A stretch of 64,000 bases of DNA from Deltaproteobacteria bacterium (GCA_034670305.1 JAXMNT010000024.1:1-64000), one strand, 5' to 3'; counted from the stretch's first letter, positions 52,354-63,433 are shown. Translations and numbers: made by a program. Notes: generated by a model not told the origin, from the sequence alone.

Positions 52354-54432
52354 ATGATGATTCGTTGGCTTGTCGAGCGCCGGTCCTACCCGGTGCAAGC
52401 ACTCTTGGTCTGTCTTGCCTCTGTCGTTGGATGTGGGGACGATTCCGCGCCCACCCGCGACGCCGGGACCGACGCGCCGTTGATTCCGGACGCGCCCATG
52501 ATGCGGGACGGTGGTCCCAGGTGCGAGAGCGAAGCCGAGTGCGACGACCGGGTGATGTGCACCCGTGACCTGTGCATCGACGGGACCTGCCGGAACGTCG
52601 TCGACAACACCAACTGTGCCGACGAGCTCTTCTGCAACGGCGTCGAGATCTGCGACCCCATCCGCGGCTGTATGCCGGGACCGCTCGAGACGTGCAGCGA
52701 TGGAAACGTCTGCACCATCGACCGGTGCGACGAAGAAGCCAAGGTCTGCCAGTACGGCCCACGGGACTTCGACGAAGACGGGGAAGCCGACTTCTTCTGC
52801 GAAGGCGGCACCGACTGCGACGACCGCGATCCGACGCGTGGGTCGCTCGTGGCGGAGGTCTGCGACGACGGCGTCGACAACGACTGCGACGAGCTGACCG
52901 ACGAAGCCACCTGTGGCCGGCCGCGTTACGACACCTGCGACGACGCGCTCGACGTGAGCGCGGGCGGTTTCTTCGAACTCGACTCCACCGGCGCGACGCC
53001 GGACTACGAGCTCGACTGCGCGCCGCGCGGCCGCCGCGACATGGTCCTGACGTTCACGCTCACCGAATCCCAGAACGTCACCGTCACCGCGGAGGGACGT
53101 TCGACGACCTACATCGGGCTGCGCACCACCTGCGACGACAGCGACACCGAGACCGAGTGCGCGGGTGGGTTCCCCGGTCAGATGGCGGCCCGTGCCCTCG
53201 AGCCGGGCACCTACTTCCTGATCGTGGCCGACATCGGCGGCGACCTCGCGATCGACGTGGAGTTCTCTGAACCCACGCCGCCTCCGGCCAACGAGACCTG
53301 CGACATGCCCATGGACGTGAGCGCGGGCGGCTCCTTCCCCAGCACCTTCATCGACGTCAACGACGACGAGATGACCAGCTGTGGCTCCACCCGGGCGCCG
53401 GACCTCACCTACAGCTTCACCCTCACCGAGACCCGCGACGTGACCGTGTCGGCCATCGGCGAAGGTCCAGACAACATCGCGATCGGCGTGTACACGACGT
53501 GCGGCGAAGCCGGGTCCGAGCTCCGATGCGCACGCGGTGCGCCTTCGTCGGCGCACCTCTACTCCCTTGCGGCGGGCACGTACTTCATCGTGGCCGAGGG
53601 GTCGGCCGCCCGAGAGGCGAACTTCACGCTCGACGTGGTCTTCGGAGCGCCCACGCTCCCGCCGCCCGGCGACCAATGCAGCAACGCGATTCCACTCGTG
53701 GCCGGGGTCGAGGCGACCGGTACGCTGGCAGGGTTCCAGGACGACGAAGCGATCTCCTGCGGGTTCTTCTTCCGCGACGCGATTTACAGCTTCGAACTGA
53801 CCGAAGCGAGCGACGTATTCGTCGACTTCGATGCAGGCGGCTTCGGGTACATGAGCGTCCGCTCGGACTGCGACGACATCGCGAGTGAGACCCGCTGCTC
53901 GACCGGCAACCCGACCCGGACTCGGCTCCGCAACCTGGCGCCGGGCACCTACTTCATCATCGTCGAGGCGACCTCGGGCACGGGTTACAGCTTGAACCTG
54001 ACGACCCAGTCGCCCCCGTCCGTACCGACCCCGGTCACGGGCAACGACGTGTGTGGCTCGGCGCACGTGATCCCGCCCACCGGCGGGCTCTACAGTGGGA
54101 GCACGGTGCCTGCGCTCAACGACCTGAGCACCCGGCTCTGTGGGAGCAACGCGACCTCGCGCGACGTGATGTTCGAGCTCACGCTCACCGAGCGCAAGAG
54201 CGTCTTCGCGACGCTCGACGGCAGCTCGTACGACACGGTGCTCCATCTGCACCGCACCTCGTGCGTGGACCGTGGCGAGATCGCTTGCAACGACGACATG
54301 GGCGGTGGTTCCTCCACCAGCGCCCTCGACCGGGAGCTCGATCCGGGGACCTACTATTACGTGGTCGATGGATTCGGGTCGGCTTCCGCCGGCGATTACA
54401 TCTTCGAGGTGATCGTCTCCGATCCCGAGTAG
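52354..54432 (+). CDS. Cys-rich lipoprotein with putative metal-binding motif and four PPC-like repeats
   Basis: VVGC-GDD lipobox; CT.D.C repeats; E.CDDGVDNDCD; four L.[PA]GTY[FY] beta modules. Confidence 0.8.
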   Translation: MMIRWLVERRSYPVQALLVCLASVVGCGDDSAPTRDAGTDAPLIPDAPMMRDGGPRCESEAECDDRVMCTRDLCIDGTCRNVVDNTNCADELFCNGVEICDPIRGCMPGPLETCSDGNVCTIDRCDEEAKVCQYGPRDFDEDGEADFFCEGGTDCDDRDPTRGSLVAEVCDDGVDNDCDELTDEATCGRPRYDTCDDALDVSAGGFFELDSTGATPDYELDCAPRGRRDMVLTFTLTESQNVTVTAEGRSTTYIGLRTTCDDSDTETECAGGFPGQMAARALEPGTYFLIVADIGGDLAIDVEFSEPTPPPANETCDMPMDVSAGGSFPSTFIDVNDDEMTSCGSTRAPDLTYSFTLTETRDVTVSAIGEGPDNIAIGVYTTCGEAGSELRCARGAPSSAHLYSLAAGTYFIVAEGSAAREANFTLDVVFGAPTLPPPGDQCSNAIPLVAGVEATGTLAGFQDDEAISCGFFFRDAIYSFELTEASDVFVDFDAGGFGYMSVRSDCDDIASETRCSTGNPTRTRLRNLAPGTYFIIVEATSGTGYSLNLTTQSPPSVPTPVTGNDVCGSAHVIPPTGGLYSGSTVPALNDLSTRLCGSNATSRDVMFELTLTERKSVFATLDGSSYDTVLHLHRTSCVDRGEIACNDDMGGGSSTSALDRELDPGTYYYVVDGFGSASAGDYIFEVIVSDPE

Positions 54433-54436
54433 CACC

Positions 54437-56596
54437 ATGACCTTTTCCCGCTCCGCACTCCTTCTCCTCTTCTTGGTCGGCTGCACCACCGGCGGACCGC
54501 GACCCCTCCCGATGGAAGGGTTCGATGGCGATGTCGAGTTCGACGCGGGTCCCGTGGATGCGCCCGACGCAGGCCCGCTGGAATGTTCGGCGGGTTCGAC
54601 GGTCGGGGACGACTGCGCCAGCGACCCGCAGTGCTCGGATGGGTGCTTCTGCAATGGCATCGAAGCGTGCTCGGACGAGGGGGTCTGCGTCGCGGGCACG
54701 CCGGTGGTGTGCGACGACGAGATCGATTGCACCATGGACGCGTGCGACGAGATGGCGGACCGCTGCACCCAGGTGGCGATGGACGAGCTGTGCCAGGACG
54801 ACGACGCGTGCAACGGCCTCGAAGTCTGCGACACCTCGCTCGGATGCCGGACCACCTCGCCGCTCTACTGCAACGACGAGAACTCTTGCACGGTCGACTC
54901 ATGCGACACGGAGATGGGCTGTCTGTACAACCCGCGTGACCTCGACGGGGACGGCTTCACCGACGGCCGCTGCGGCGGCGACGACTGCGACGACGACCCC
55001 CGCTTCGGCACGATGATCTACCCCGGCGCACCGGAAGACTGCATGAACCGCCGCGACGACAACTGCGACGGGTTCCGCGACTTCAACGACCCCACCTGCC
55101 TGCCGATGAACGGTACCTGTGCGGCGGCCCAGCCGCTCGACGGGCCGGGCACGTACTCCGGCTCCACCCGCGGGCTGACCGACGACGTCGACCTCTCTTG
55201 CAAGACGAGCGGCCCCGATGCGTTCTTCACGTTCACGCTCCCCGAGACCATGGACGTTCGGGTGACCGTCAGCGGCGCCTCCGGAACCGCCGTCTCGATC
55301 CGGCGCGCCGCGGTCTGCGCCGCCGGTCCCGACATCGGATGCAACGACTTCAGCCCGCCCACGCTGCTCCGCCGAAGCATGGCGGCCGGCGACTACGTCA
55401 TCGTGGTGAAACAGTCTTCGGGGTCCACCTTCGACCTCACGCTCAACTTCGAGCCGCCCACGGTCATCCCCCCGGTGGACACGTGTGGTGCCGGCACCGT
55501 GGATGTGTCGGCCGGTGGCACGTTCGAGGGCATGTTCGGTGAAGTCGAGGACGACTACCGCCTCAACTGCAACGGCAACAGCCGGCGGGACGCGGCCTAC
55601 ACGTTCACCATCGACGAGCCCAAGGACGTCGTGCTTCGGGCCTCGAGCACCGCGCCGAGCTTCAACACGACCTACATCTCGCTCGTGACCGACTGCGACG
55701 ACTCCGACAGCACCATCGCGTGCCGCTCGAGCTCCGGCACCGCCGAAGTCAGCGTTCGGGACCTGCCGCCCGGCACCTACTGGGTACTCATCGAGGACAG
55801 CCACGCATCGGCCGGCACCTGGTTGCTCGATGTCTCGATCATGGACCCAGCACCCCGGTCTCCAGGAGACACGTGCTCGTCGGTCATCGACATCACCAGC
55901 AGCACCGGGACCGCCGCTTGGTCGACCGCGGCGCTCGATGTCGGCGCTTCGTGCGGCACCTCGTTCTCACCGCGGGACGTCATCTTCACCTTCACGCTCG
56001 ACACGCCGCGCGACGTGGAGCTCACCACGACCTCGAGCAGCTCCCACTGGACCGCTTTGCATGAGGAGTGCGGTCGGCCGTCCACCGAGCGCCGCTGTCG
56101 CAACGGCGGCACGACCCTGACGCAGAACTTCCGAAGCCTCGAGGCCGGCACCTACTTTGTCATCGTGCACTCGAGCTCCAGCTCCGGGAACGCGACCGCA
56201 CGCATCGTGACCAGCCCGCCGACCCCGATCCCGCCGAACGACCGCTGCTCCGGTGCGATCCCGATCGTGGGCAGCCGCGTGGCGACCGACACGCTCGTGG
56301 ACTTCGAAGACGACTTGAACATGGGCTGCGGCGGCTCCAACCCCGACGCCTTCTACGAGATCACGGTCGCCACCCGCACGGGCATCACCGCGACGGTCGA
56401 GCCCGTGGCCGGCTTCACCCACAGCCACAACCTATCGCTCCGCAGCAGCTGCACCTCGGTTGCGCTCGAGTGTCACACCGGCCGCCCCGCCGTGATCGAC
56501 ACGGTCCTGGACCCCGGCACGTACTACCTGGTGGTCGAAGCGTCCCCGTTCTCGGCCTCCGACTACAACATCCGAGTCTTCACCTACATCCCGTAG
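54437..56596 (+). CDS. Paralogous Cys-rich lipoprotein with four PPC-like repeats
   Basis: LVGC lipobox; CNG.E.C, CT.D.C, D.DGDG, DCDD; GDY/GTY modules. Confidence 0.82.
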   Translation: MTFSRSALLLLFLVGCTTGGPRPLPMEGFDGDVEFDAGPVDAPDAGPLECSAGSTVGDDCASDPQCSDGCFCNGIEACSDEGVCVAGTPVVCDDEIDCTMDACDEMADRCTQVAMDELCQDDDACNGLEVCDTSLGCRTTSPLYCNDENSCTVDSCDTEMGCLYNPRDLDGDGFTDGRCGGDDCDDDPRFGTMIYPGAPEDCMNRRDDNCDGFRDFNDPTCLPMNGTCAAAQPLDGPGTYSGSTRGLTDDVDLSCKTSGPDAFFTFTLPETMDVRVTVSGASGTAVSIRRAAVCAAGPDIGCNDFSPPTLLRRSMAAGDYVIVVKQSSGSTFDLTLNFEPPTVIPPVDTCGAGTVDVSAGGTFEGMFGEVEDDYRLNCNGNSRRDAAYTFTIDEPKDVVLRASSTAPSFNTTYISLVTDCDDSDSTIACRSSSGTAEVSVRDLPPGTYWVLIEDSHASAGTWLLDVSIMDPAPRSPGDTCSSVIDITSSTGTAAWSTAALDVGASCGTSFSPRDVIFTFTLDTPRDVELTTTSSSSHWTALHEECGRPSTERRCRNGGTTLTQNFRSLEAGTYFVIVHSSSSSGNATARIVTSPPTPIPPNDRCSGAIPIVGSRVATDTLVDFEDDLNMGCGGSNPDAFYEITVATRTGITATVEPVAGFTHSHNLSLRSSCTSVALECHTGRPAVIDTVLDPGTYYLVVEASPFSASDYNIRVFTYIP

Positions 56597-56614
56597 CGCG
56601 AGCGCAAGCAAGCG

Positions 56615-56713
56615 CCCCTTGCCCATGCCCGTGCCCATGCCCTTGCCCGTGTCCGGGCGACCAGGCAGCGGCATCGGCTTTGCCATCGGGATCGCCATCG
56701 GCATCGGCATCGA
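56615..56713. repeat. Hexamer-repeat element R10: C-cap plus short (GGCATC)n core
   Basis: (CCCNTG)n 56615-56650; core 56670-56713. Confidence 0.82.
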
Positions 56714-56917
56714 CTGCGCCGGCCGTGGGAGGCGCCGCCTGGCGCGTCCGACCCCGCGGCCGCAGGCCGCGACGCGGACCGGCGCAGCGCCGGTCTGCTT
56801 TGTCGTTTTTTGGACCCTCGCGACCCACTCCTATATCGCTGAGGCATGGCGACGGATGGAAAGGTGGTTCGACCGTTTGCGTTCTTTCGAGCGGGAGCTC
56901 GTTCGGAAGGAGCGCGG

Positions 56918-57679
56918 GTGGAACGACCGGTTCTGGTGTTCGAGGAGGTCTACAAATACTTCCGACGGGACCAGCCCACGCTGAGAGGGATCAACCTCAC
57001 GATTGAACGGGGAGAGTTCTGTTTCGTCACCGGTCCAAGCGGGGCGGGGAAGAGCACTCTTCTGCAGTTGGTCTACCGGAAACACACGGTGGATGCGGGC
57101 CGCATCCTGTTCTGCGGGCGAGACATCGCGCGTCTCAGAGACGATTCGATTCCGTTCTTGCGGCGCAACCTCGGCATCGTGTTTCAGGACTTCAAGATCG
57201 TGAAGCACTGGTCGGTGTTCGAGAACGTCGCGGTGGCGCTGGAGATCCTCGACATGCCGCAGCGGCTCATCCGCGCGCGTGTGTCGGAGGCGCTCGAGCG
57301 GGTGGGGCTTGCAGGGCGCGGTCGGGATCGCACCGAGAACCTCTCTGGCGGCGAGCAGCAGCGGGTGGCGGTGGCACGGGCCATCGTGACCGAGCCTGCG
57401 TTGATCCTCGCCGACGAACCGACCGGCAACCTGGATCCCCATCTGGCGATCGACATCCTGACCCTGTTCGAAGAGATCAACGAGACGGGCACCACGGTGC
57501 TCTTTGCAACCCACGACCACTCGCTCATGGCGAAACGGGATCACCGCATCATCGGATTGGACGACGGACGGGTGCTCGAAGCACGACGTGGTCTGAGCAG
57601 TTGGGGCGGCGACGGCGCATCGGACATCGATGTGGCCGAACCCAGGGGTCTACACGCCGTGCCTGGCTCGGCTGGCTGA
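56918..57679 (+). CDS. ftsE: Cell division ATP-binding protein FtsE
   Basis: GPSGAGKST, LRR.LG.VFQDF, LSGGEQQRVA.ARA, ADEPTGNLD; start approximate. Confidence 0.92.
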   Translation: MERPVLVFEEVYKYFRRDQPTLRGINLTIERGEFCFVTGPSGAGKSTLLQLVYRKHTVDAGRILFCGRDIARLRDDSIPFLRRNLGIVFQDFKIVKHWSVFENVAVALEILDMPQRLIRARVSEALERVGLAGRGRDRTENLSGGEQQRVAVARAIVTEPALILADEPTGNLDPHLAIDILTLFEEINETGTTVLFATHDHSLMAKRDHRIIGLDDGRVLEARRGLSSWGGDGASDIDVAEPRGLHAVPGSAG

Positions 57680-57689
57680 CGAGGAAATC

Positions 57690-58571
57690 ATGGACTGGAA
57701 GTCGACCTGGGCGAGGGCACGACGTGGCGTACGGGAGGAGTTTCGGCTCTACCTGGTGGCCGTCTCGAGTTTGAGTGTGGCGTTCGTGTGTGTGGGGGGC
57801 GCGCTCTTGGCGGTGACCAACCTCGATGCGATGGCCGAACGGTGGGGACGCAGCGGCAAGGTCAGCGTGTACCTGCACGATGGGGCCGAGCGCGACGATG
57901 TCTCGCAGATCCAAACCGTGCTCGAGGCGCTCCCCGAAGTGCTCGAGGTCGAGCTCCTCAGCTCGGCCGAAGCGCGGACGCGGTTTCTGGAGCAGTCGGA
58001 AGTGGGCGGTGACCTCACGGCACTCCCGGCCGAGATCTTCCCTGCGTCATTGGAAGTCCAGCTCGCGCCCGGCACCCCGCGCGCCCGCGTCCAAGAGATC
58101 GGGGAGCGCGTTGCCGGTCTCGGCGCAGTGGACGATGTCGAGACGTACGCCGGCTTCTTCACCCGGCTCGAAGGTCTGCTCTCGGCCGGCCGGGGACTCG
58201 CGGGTGCACTCGCACTGCTCGTCGGGCTCTGCGTGCTCGCGGTCATCGGCAACACCATCCGCCTCGCGGTCGCGCGGCGGAAGGACGAGATCGAAGTGAT
58301 GAAGCTTTGCGGCGCCACCGACACCTTCGTACGTCGGCCGTTCGTGGTGGAGGGCACGCTGCAAGGCGCACTCTCGGCGGGACTCGCGCTCGTCGTGCTC
58401 TTCGCAGGGTTTCTGGTTCTGCGTGGCCACCTCGACGCGAGTGTCGGCGCGCTCGCCGGCATCAACGCCACCTTCCTTCATCCGGCCATCGTCGCCGCGC
58501 TCTTCTTCGGCGGCGGACTCATCGGCGCGCTCGGCAGCGCGTTCTCCCTCAAGCGCTACCTGGCCGTCTGA
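57690..58571 (+). CDS. ftsX: Cell division permease FtsX
   Basis: 1+3 TM; NTIRL...RK.EIEVMKL.GAT..FVRRPF..EG. Confidence 0.92.
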   Translation: MDWKSTWARARRGVREEFRLYLVAVSSLSVAFVCVGGALLAVTNLDAMAERWGRSGKVSVYLHDGAERDDVSQIQTVLEALPEVLEVELLSSAEARTRFLEQSEVGGDLTALPAEIFPASLEVQLAPGTPRARVQEIGERVAGLGAVDDVETYAGFFTRLEGLLSAGRGLAGALALLVGLCVLAVIGNTIRLAVARRKDEIEVMKLCGATDTFVRRPFVVEGTLQGALSAGLALVVLFAGFLVLRGHLDASVGALAGINATFLHPAIVAALFFGGGLIGALGSAFSLKRYLAV

Positions 58572-59689
58572 TGCGACTGCGACGTCTCCGGTTCCTCGTC
58601 ATCGCGTTGCTCGCTGGGCTGGCTGCCACGCTGCCCGGTTCGGCGCAGCCGGCTTACCCACTCTCCGCCGGCATTCCGCTGGCGCCGACCCAGTTCGCCC
58701 AGCCCCAGGGCCAGGCCTATGGGCCGTACGGACAGCCAGGCCCCGGTGCGCCCAGCACCGGTGCGGCACCAGGGTCGCCGCTCGCTCAGATCGAAGGGCA
58801 GCTCGCGGTGTTGACCGCAACGGAAGCCGAACTCGAGACGAGCGGCCACGAGATCACCGTCGAGCTCGAGCAACTCTCCGAGCGACGCGCGGCTGCGACA
58901 CGATCGCTTCGCACCCGCGCCCGGGCGCTCTACCGCATCGAACGGGCCGGCATGCTGCCGCTGAGCGGCGGGTTCGACGCGATGCTCGGCCACCTCTCGC
59001 GGCTCGAGCGCCTGCGGCGCGTGGTCCGGTCCGACATGGCCGCGCTCCAGTTCTTGCGTCAGCGGGCGCGCGCACTTCGCAGCGATGCCGAGCGGATCCA
59101 CGAACGCAGCGCCGATCTCGGCGTCGAGCGCGCCGGTCTCGAGCAGCGCGCCGCCGAGCTGCGCGAACAGTCGCGCATCCAGCAGAACTACGCGGGCGCA
59201 TTCGACCCGCGTCTGTTGCCGCCGCTCCCGATGATGCAGCCGCAGGCCGCGCCTCGGCCGCAACCGAGCGGCCCGGTGTACGGACAGATCCGGCTCAGCG
59301 ACACGCCGCGGCCCGAGGTCTCTGCCCGCGGCTTCGCGACGCTCCGCGGCGAGCTCCCGCTCCCGGTCGCAGCGGGCGGCAACGTGCGTCCGGGCACCCG
59401 CGACGGAGCCCAGGTGCTCGAGTTCCAGCCGCCGCGCGGCAGCTCCGCGATGGCCGTGGCCGATGGCCGGGTCGCGTTCGCGGACCGCTACCGAAGCTAC
59501 GGCATGCTCGTCATCCTCGATCACGGCGGCGGCTACTACACGCTCTACGGTGGGCTCGACTCGGCGGCCGTGCAGAATGGCGAGTGGGTGGGCCGCGGCG
59601 CCCGCGTCGGCCGCGTGGGCGCGACCCTCGCGTTCGAAGTCCGGCGCGGCACCCGCGCACTCGACCCCTCCGCCTGGCTCGGCCTCTAG
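58571..59689 (+). CDS. envC: EnvC-like murein hydrolase activator (coiled coil plus degenerate M23/LytM domain)
   Basis: Follows ftsEX; coiled coil; LP.PV, YG..VILDHG.GYYTLY, FEVR....DP..WL; Zn ligands absent. Confidence 0.8.
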   Translation: MRLRRLRFLVIALLAGLAATLPGSAQPAYPLSAGIPLAPTQFAQPQGQAYGPYGQPGPGAPSTGAAPGSPLAQIEGQLAVLTATEAELETSGHEITVELEQLSERRAAATRSLRTRARALYRIERAGMLPLSGGFDAMLGHLSRLERLRRVVRSDMAALQFLRQRARALRSDAERIHERSADLGVERAGLEQRAAELREQSRIQQNYAGAFDPRLLPPLPMMQPQAAPRPQPSGPVYGQIRLSDTPRPEVSARGFATLRGELPLPVAAGGNVRPGTRDGAQVLEFQPPRGSSAMAVADGRVAFADRYRSYGMLVILDHGGGYYTLYGGLDSAAVQNGEWVGRGARVGRVGATLAFEVRRGTRALDPSAWLGL

Positions 59690-59782
59690 CAGCAGCTGTA
59701 TTCCGCGAGGTGGGATGGCGTGAACGCTTCCTACGCCGCTGGTCTCGCACACGAACGGCCGCCCGCAGCAGGACGAATTAGA

Positions 59783-59816
59783 GAATCCGCCCCGCACGAG
59801 TGCGTGGGGCGGATTC
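59783..59816. terminator. Strong hairpin between convergent genes (possible terminator)
   Basis: GAATCCGCCCC / GGGGCGGATTC 11-bp stem; U-tract weak. Confidence 0.5.
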
Positions 59817-59836
59817 GTTGGTGCTGGGTTCGGGCT

Positions 59837-60220
59837 TTACTGGAACATGCCGTATTCGGACTGGAGGTGTGCGAGCACGTTCTCCAGGTCCGCGTCGCTG
59901 AGCTGGTCGGCGCTGAACGCGGGCATGCGGTCTTCACCGTGCCGCACCAGTTGGCGGATCTCCGCCGCGTCGTCCGTCCGGCCGTGAAGGTCCGGACCGA
60001 CGCCGGGGTGACAGCCCGCGCAGAAGTTCGCGAACACTTCGCCGCCGGCCGCTGCGTCGCCGCTGACCGGACCCTCGTACTGGCTGAGGTCTTCACCGCC
60101 GCCCGAGTGCTCGTGGTGCTCGGGGCCGTCGCCTTCGCCACCGCTGCCGTCGCCACCGCCACAGGCGAGCGCAACCACGCACACCACACCGACCAGGGTC
60201 GCCATCCAGGACGTCTTCAT
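59837..60220 (-). CDS. Monohaem c-type cytochrome lipoprotein
   Basis: ALAC lipobox; CAGCH; GPDL; distal MP. Confidence 0.88.
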   Translation of the reverse strand: MKTSWMATLVGVVCVVALACGGGDGSGGEGDGPEHHEHSGGGEDLSQYEGPVSGDAAAGGEVFANFCAGCHPGVGPDLHGRTDDAAEIRQLVRHGEDRMPAFSADQLSDADLENVLAHLQSEYGMFQ

Positions 60221-60258
60221 GAATCTGTCTCCGCTCTCTTGTTTCTTGTAGGGCATCG

Positions 60259-62049
60259 TCATGCGGACGGCGCGTCTTCGCGCCCACGCTTGGTGGAGAT
60301 CTGTACCAGCTTTTTGGACTGGATGTGCTGCGCAGCGTCCGGGTCGACGAGGTCGCTGTGACACGAGGCCTTCTTGCCCTCGTCCGCGCCGACCGCGCCG
60401 CGCGTCTTGGTCGCGAGGCGGTGGATTTCATCGGGGGGAAGCACGCCGCGCTGCTCCAGGATCGCCTTCTGCTCGGGTGTGAGCGCGGCCGACTGAACCA
60501 CCTTGAGCCGCTCGAAGTCGGGATCCTTGCCGCTGGCGAACTCGACGATCTCCTTGCTGATGCGTACCGAACACCAGTCGTGCCCGCACATCGCGCAGAA
60601 GTCGGTGTCGACGTCGAGGTCTTCGTCGTGCAGCGCGCGGGCGAACTCCCCATCGAACGCGAGCTCGAAGTGTTTCTCCCAGTTCAGCGCCGCGCGGGCC
60701 CGGGTGAGGTCGTCGTCCCAGTCGCGGGTCTCGGGCACCCCGAGCGCGACGTCGGCGGCGTGGGCCGCGATCTTGTATGCAACGCAGCCCTGTTTGACGT
60801 CGTCGCGCTTCGGTAGACCGACGTGCTCCTTGGGCGTCACGTAGCAGAGCATCGCCGCGCCATGGTACGCCGCCGCGGTCGCGCCGATGCAGCTCGTGAT
60901 GTGGTCGTAGCCGGGGAAGACATCGGTCACGAGCGGTCCGAGCACGTAGAAGGGCGCGCCGTGACAGACGCGGCGCTGCAGCTTCATGTTGAACTCGATC
61001 TGATCGAACGGGACGTGGCCCGGGCCCTCGACCATGACCTGGCAGCCCTTGCGCCAGGCCCGCTCGGTCAGCTCGCCGAGCGTCTGCAGTTCGAGCAACT
61101 GCGCGGTGTCGGTCGCGTCCGCGAGGCCGCCGGGGCGCAGGCCATCGCCCAGCGAGAACGAGACATCGTATGCGCGCATGATGTCGCAGATGTCTTCGAA
61201 GAGCGTGTACGTCGGGTTCTCTTTGCCGTGGGTGATCATCCACTTCGCGAGCAAGGAACCACCGCGCGACACGATGCCGATGAGGCGATCCTTCACGTAC
61301 TTGAGGTGGTCGCGCAGCACGCCGGCGTGAATGGTGAAGTAGTCGACGCCCTGCGCGGCCTGGTGACGCAGCATGTCGAGAATGTCCTGCTCCGAGAGAT
61401 CCTCGATCTTCTTGCCGATGATCATCGAGTAGAGCGGCACGGTGCCGATGGGCACGTTCGAGGCGCGGATGATCGCGTCGCGGCAGGCGTCGAGATCCCC
61501 TCCGGTCGACAGGTCCATCACGGTGTCGGCGCCCCAGCGCTCGGCCCAGTGGAGCTTCTCCACTTCTTCGGTCGTGCCGGAGGACACCGGTGAGGCGCCC
61601 ATGTTCGCGTTGACCTTGGTCTTGCTCGCCCGGCCGATGCACATCGGGTCGAGTTTGTAGCCAAGGTGCACTCGGTTGGCAGGAATGATCATGCGGCCGG
61701 CGGCGACCTCGTCGCGGATCTGCTCGGCGGTCAGGTGCGGCTCGCGTTCGGCGACGCGCTTCATCTCCGGCGTCACGGCGCCGAGTCGCGCGTGCTCGAG
61801 CTGGGTGATCGGTTCGAATCCGGCCGGGGCTTCGGCGAAGCCGTTGGCGCCGCGCGTCCAGCCCTCGGGGAGGAAGTCCCAGGCGGTCTTGGTGCTGGGC
61901 GCCGGCATGCCGGGGGTGTCGGGGGACGAGAACATGAGCGGTCCGCCCACGTCCTTCGGGTTGGCGAACGAACCAGGGGTGGTGCCGGCCTTCGTGGAAG
62001 AAGGGTTGTCGGCGCCGTGCAGGGGCAGGTCGTGTTTCAGCTCGGTCAT
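60259..62049 (-). CDS. thiC: Phosphomethylpyrimidine synthase
   Basis: KVNANMG, DLSTGG, IGTVP, SRGGS, GDGLRPG, EGPGH, YVTPKEH, CAMCG...C. Confidence 0.97.
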   Translation of the reverse strand: MTELKHDLPLHGADNPSSTKAGTTPGSFANPKDVGGPLMFSSPDTPGMPAPSTKTAWDFLPEGWTRGANGFAEAPAGFEPITQLEHARLGAVTPEMKRVAEREPHLTAEQIRDEVAAGRMIIPANRVHLGYKLDPMCIGRASKTKVNANMGASPVSSGTTEEVEKLHWAERWGADTVMDLSTGGDLDACRDAIIRASNVPIGTVPLYSMIIGKKIEDLSEQDILDMLRHQAAQGVDYFTIHAGVLRDHLKYVKDRLIGIVSRGGSLLAKWMITHGKENPTYTLFEDICDIMRAYDVSFSLGDGLRPGGLADATDTAQLLELQTLGELTERAWRKGCQVMVEGPGHVPFDQIEFNMKLQRRVCHGAPFYVLGPLVTDVFPGYDHITSCIGATAAAYHGAAMLCYVTPKEHVGLPKRDDVKQGCVAYKIAAHAADVALGVPETRDWDDDLTRARAALNWEKHFELAFDGEFARALHDEDLDVDTDFCAMCGHDWCSVRISKEIVEFASGKDPDFERLKVVQSAALTPEQKAILEQRGVLPPDEIHRLATKTRGAVGADEGKKASCHSDLVDPDAAQHIQSKKLVQISTKRGREDAPSA

Positions 62050-62100
62050 CTCGTCTCCATGTCTCTCTTGAGAATGCAGGAAACGGGTGAGCGGGTGCCC

Positions 62101-62181
62101 ATCGCGTTCCCTACGCCGGTACAAACCGGATCAGGTTCGACGGGTACGTCTCAGCGCCCCATTGGGCGCGCCCCGCGCGAT
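62101..62181 (-). promoter_or_regulatory. TPP riboswitch upstream of thiC
   Basis: Minus strand GCGCTGAGA..ACCCGTCGAACCTGATCCGGTTTGTACCGGCGTAGGGA; ATCGCG/CGCGAT closing stem. Confidence 0.93.
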
Positions 62182-62240
62182 GCCTAGGACATAGTGCACG
62201 TGGGCGGCGTTGGGAAGGGCCGCGGCGGGAAAGGTCGGCT

Positions 62241-63335
62241 CTACAAACCCTGGTCGCGGAGCCAGGTGACGTACTCCGCGTAGAAGTCGAGGTGGTCCCA
62301 GCGGTTGAACCCGCCGGGTTCGTCGCCAAAAAGCTGTCCGACTTGGTCGAGGTGGTCGGCGGGAATGCATCCGAGGAACCGCCCCCACTTCGCGCTCGAG
62401 ACCCGGACCACCCCATCGTTGGGCTCCGGGTCGCCGAAGCCGCCGTCGAAGAGGGCCTCGGCCACCGCGAAGAGCGGGTCGATCGGATCGCGCTCGGCGG
62501 CCCAGCGCGAGATGAACGGGGGCGCGTCGCCGTCGGGCCGGCACATGCGGAACGCGAGGTTCAGATCCGAGCGTCCCGCGATCGAGTAGTAGGGGATGCC
62601 CTCGACGTCTGGGTACCGTTCGTTGAAGGCGGCGGCGCCCTCGAAGCTGAGATCCTGCATGGACCGGAAGATGTCCGAGTCCTCGTCGAGCTCGTCCCAG
62701 AGCACGCCGCCGACGAGCTGAAGCAGTTCGTTCACGGCGTCGCGCAGGCGGGGGTCTTCCGCAGCTGCGTTCACGAGGTCGAGCAGCGGCGTGCCGAAGT
62801 GCGGGGTGGAGATGGTGGAGACCGACGCGACGAGATCAGGCCGCGTGTGGGCGACGTAGCGCACGTCGAGTCCGCCTTGGGAGTGACCGATGAGGTTCAC
62901 CTTCGCGCGACCGGTCTCGGCCAAGATCATCTCGACGTGCGCGAGGAGCTCCTCCCCGCGGTGCTCCGAGCCGTTGAAGGGGTCGACCGCGGGCGTGAAG
63001 ACCTCGGTTTCGCCGAGTTCGGTCTCGAGGTGCGCCGGGACGCCGTAGAAGTAGTCGGTGATGTCCCACGCGCCGACCGCGAGGGTCTCGAACCCAAAGA
63101 AGCCATGCGCCAGCACGATGGGGTAGGGCGCGCCCAGCGGTTCGGGCGCCGCGTCTTCCGCGGCATCCATCTCGCCCGCGTCGGGCTGGAGAAGTGCGTC
63201 GGATCCGGCATCGGCGATCATCGCGTCGACCGGGCGTGCGTCGGACGCACCGGCGTCCTCGAACGGGGTCGTGTCCGAACCACCGCATGCGCAGAGAAGC
63301 GCGAAGGCCGCGCCGAAACCCAATCGAATACTCAC
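62241..63335 (-). CDS. Triacylglycerol lipase (family I-like) lipoprotein
   Basis: LCAC lipobox; YPIVLAHG, KVNLIGHSQGG, TPHFGT, NDGVV, DHLD; start approximate. Confidence 0.9.
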   Translation of the reverse strand: MSIRLGFGAAFALLCACGGSDTTPFEDAGASDARPVDAMIADAGSDALLQPDAGEMDAAEDAAPEPLGAPYPIVLAHGFFGFETLAVGAWDITDYFYGVPAHLETELGETEVFTPAVDPFNGSEHRGEELLAHVEMILAETGRAKVNLIGHSQGGLDVRYVAHTRPDLVASVSTISTPHFGTPLLDLVNAAAEDPRLRDAVNELLQLVGGVLWDELDEDSDIFRSMQDLSFEGAAAFNERYPDVEGIPYYSIAGRSDLNLAFRMCRPDGDAPPFISRWAAERDPIDPLFAVAEALFDGGFGDPEPNDGVVRVSSAKWGRFLGCIPADHLDQVGQLFGDEPGGFNRWDHLDFYAEYVTWLRDQGL

Positions 63336-63433
63336 CAGGACACCCCAGTCTGAACGCACGTGGTCGGACTCCACTCCGACGCCGAGCGCGTGAACACCAT
63401 ACGCCAAAACGGGAAAAATGCCCGTGCGTGAAG

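Noticed and set aside
58571-59689. Active M23 endopeptidase
   Set aside because: Zn-ligand motifs are missing, as expected for an EnvC-type activator downstream of ftsEX; ordinary.
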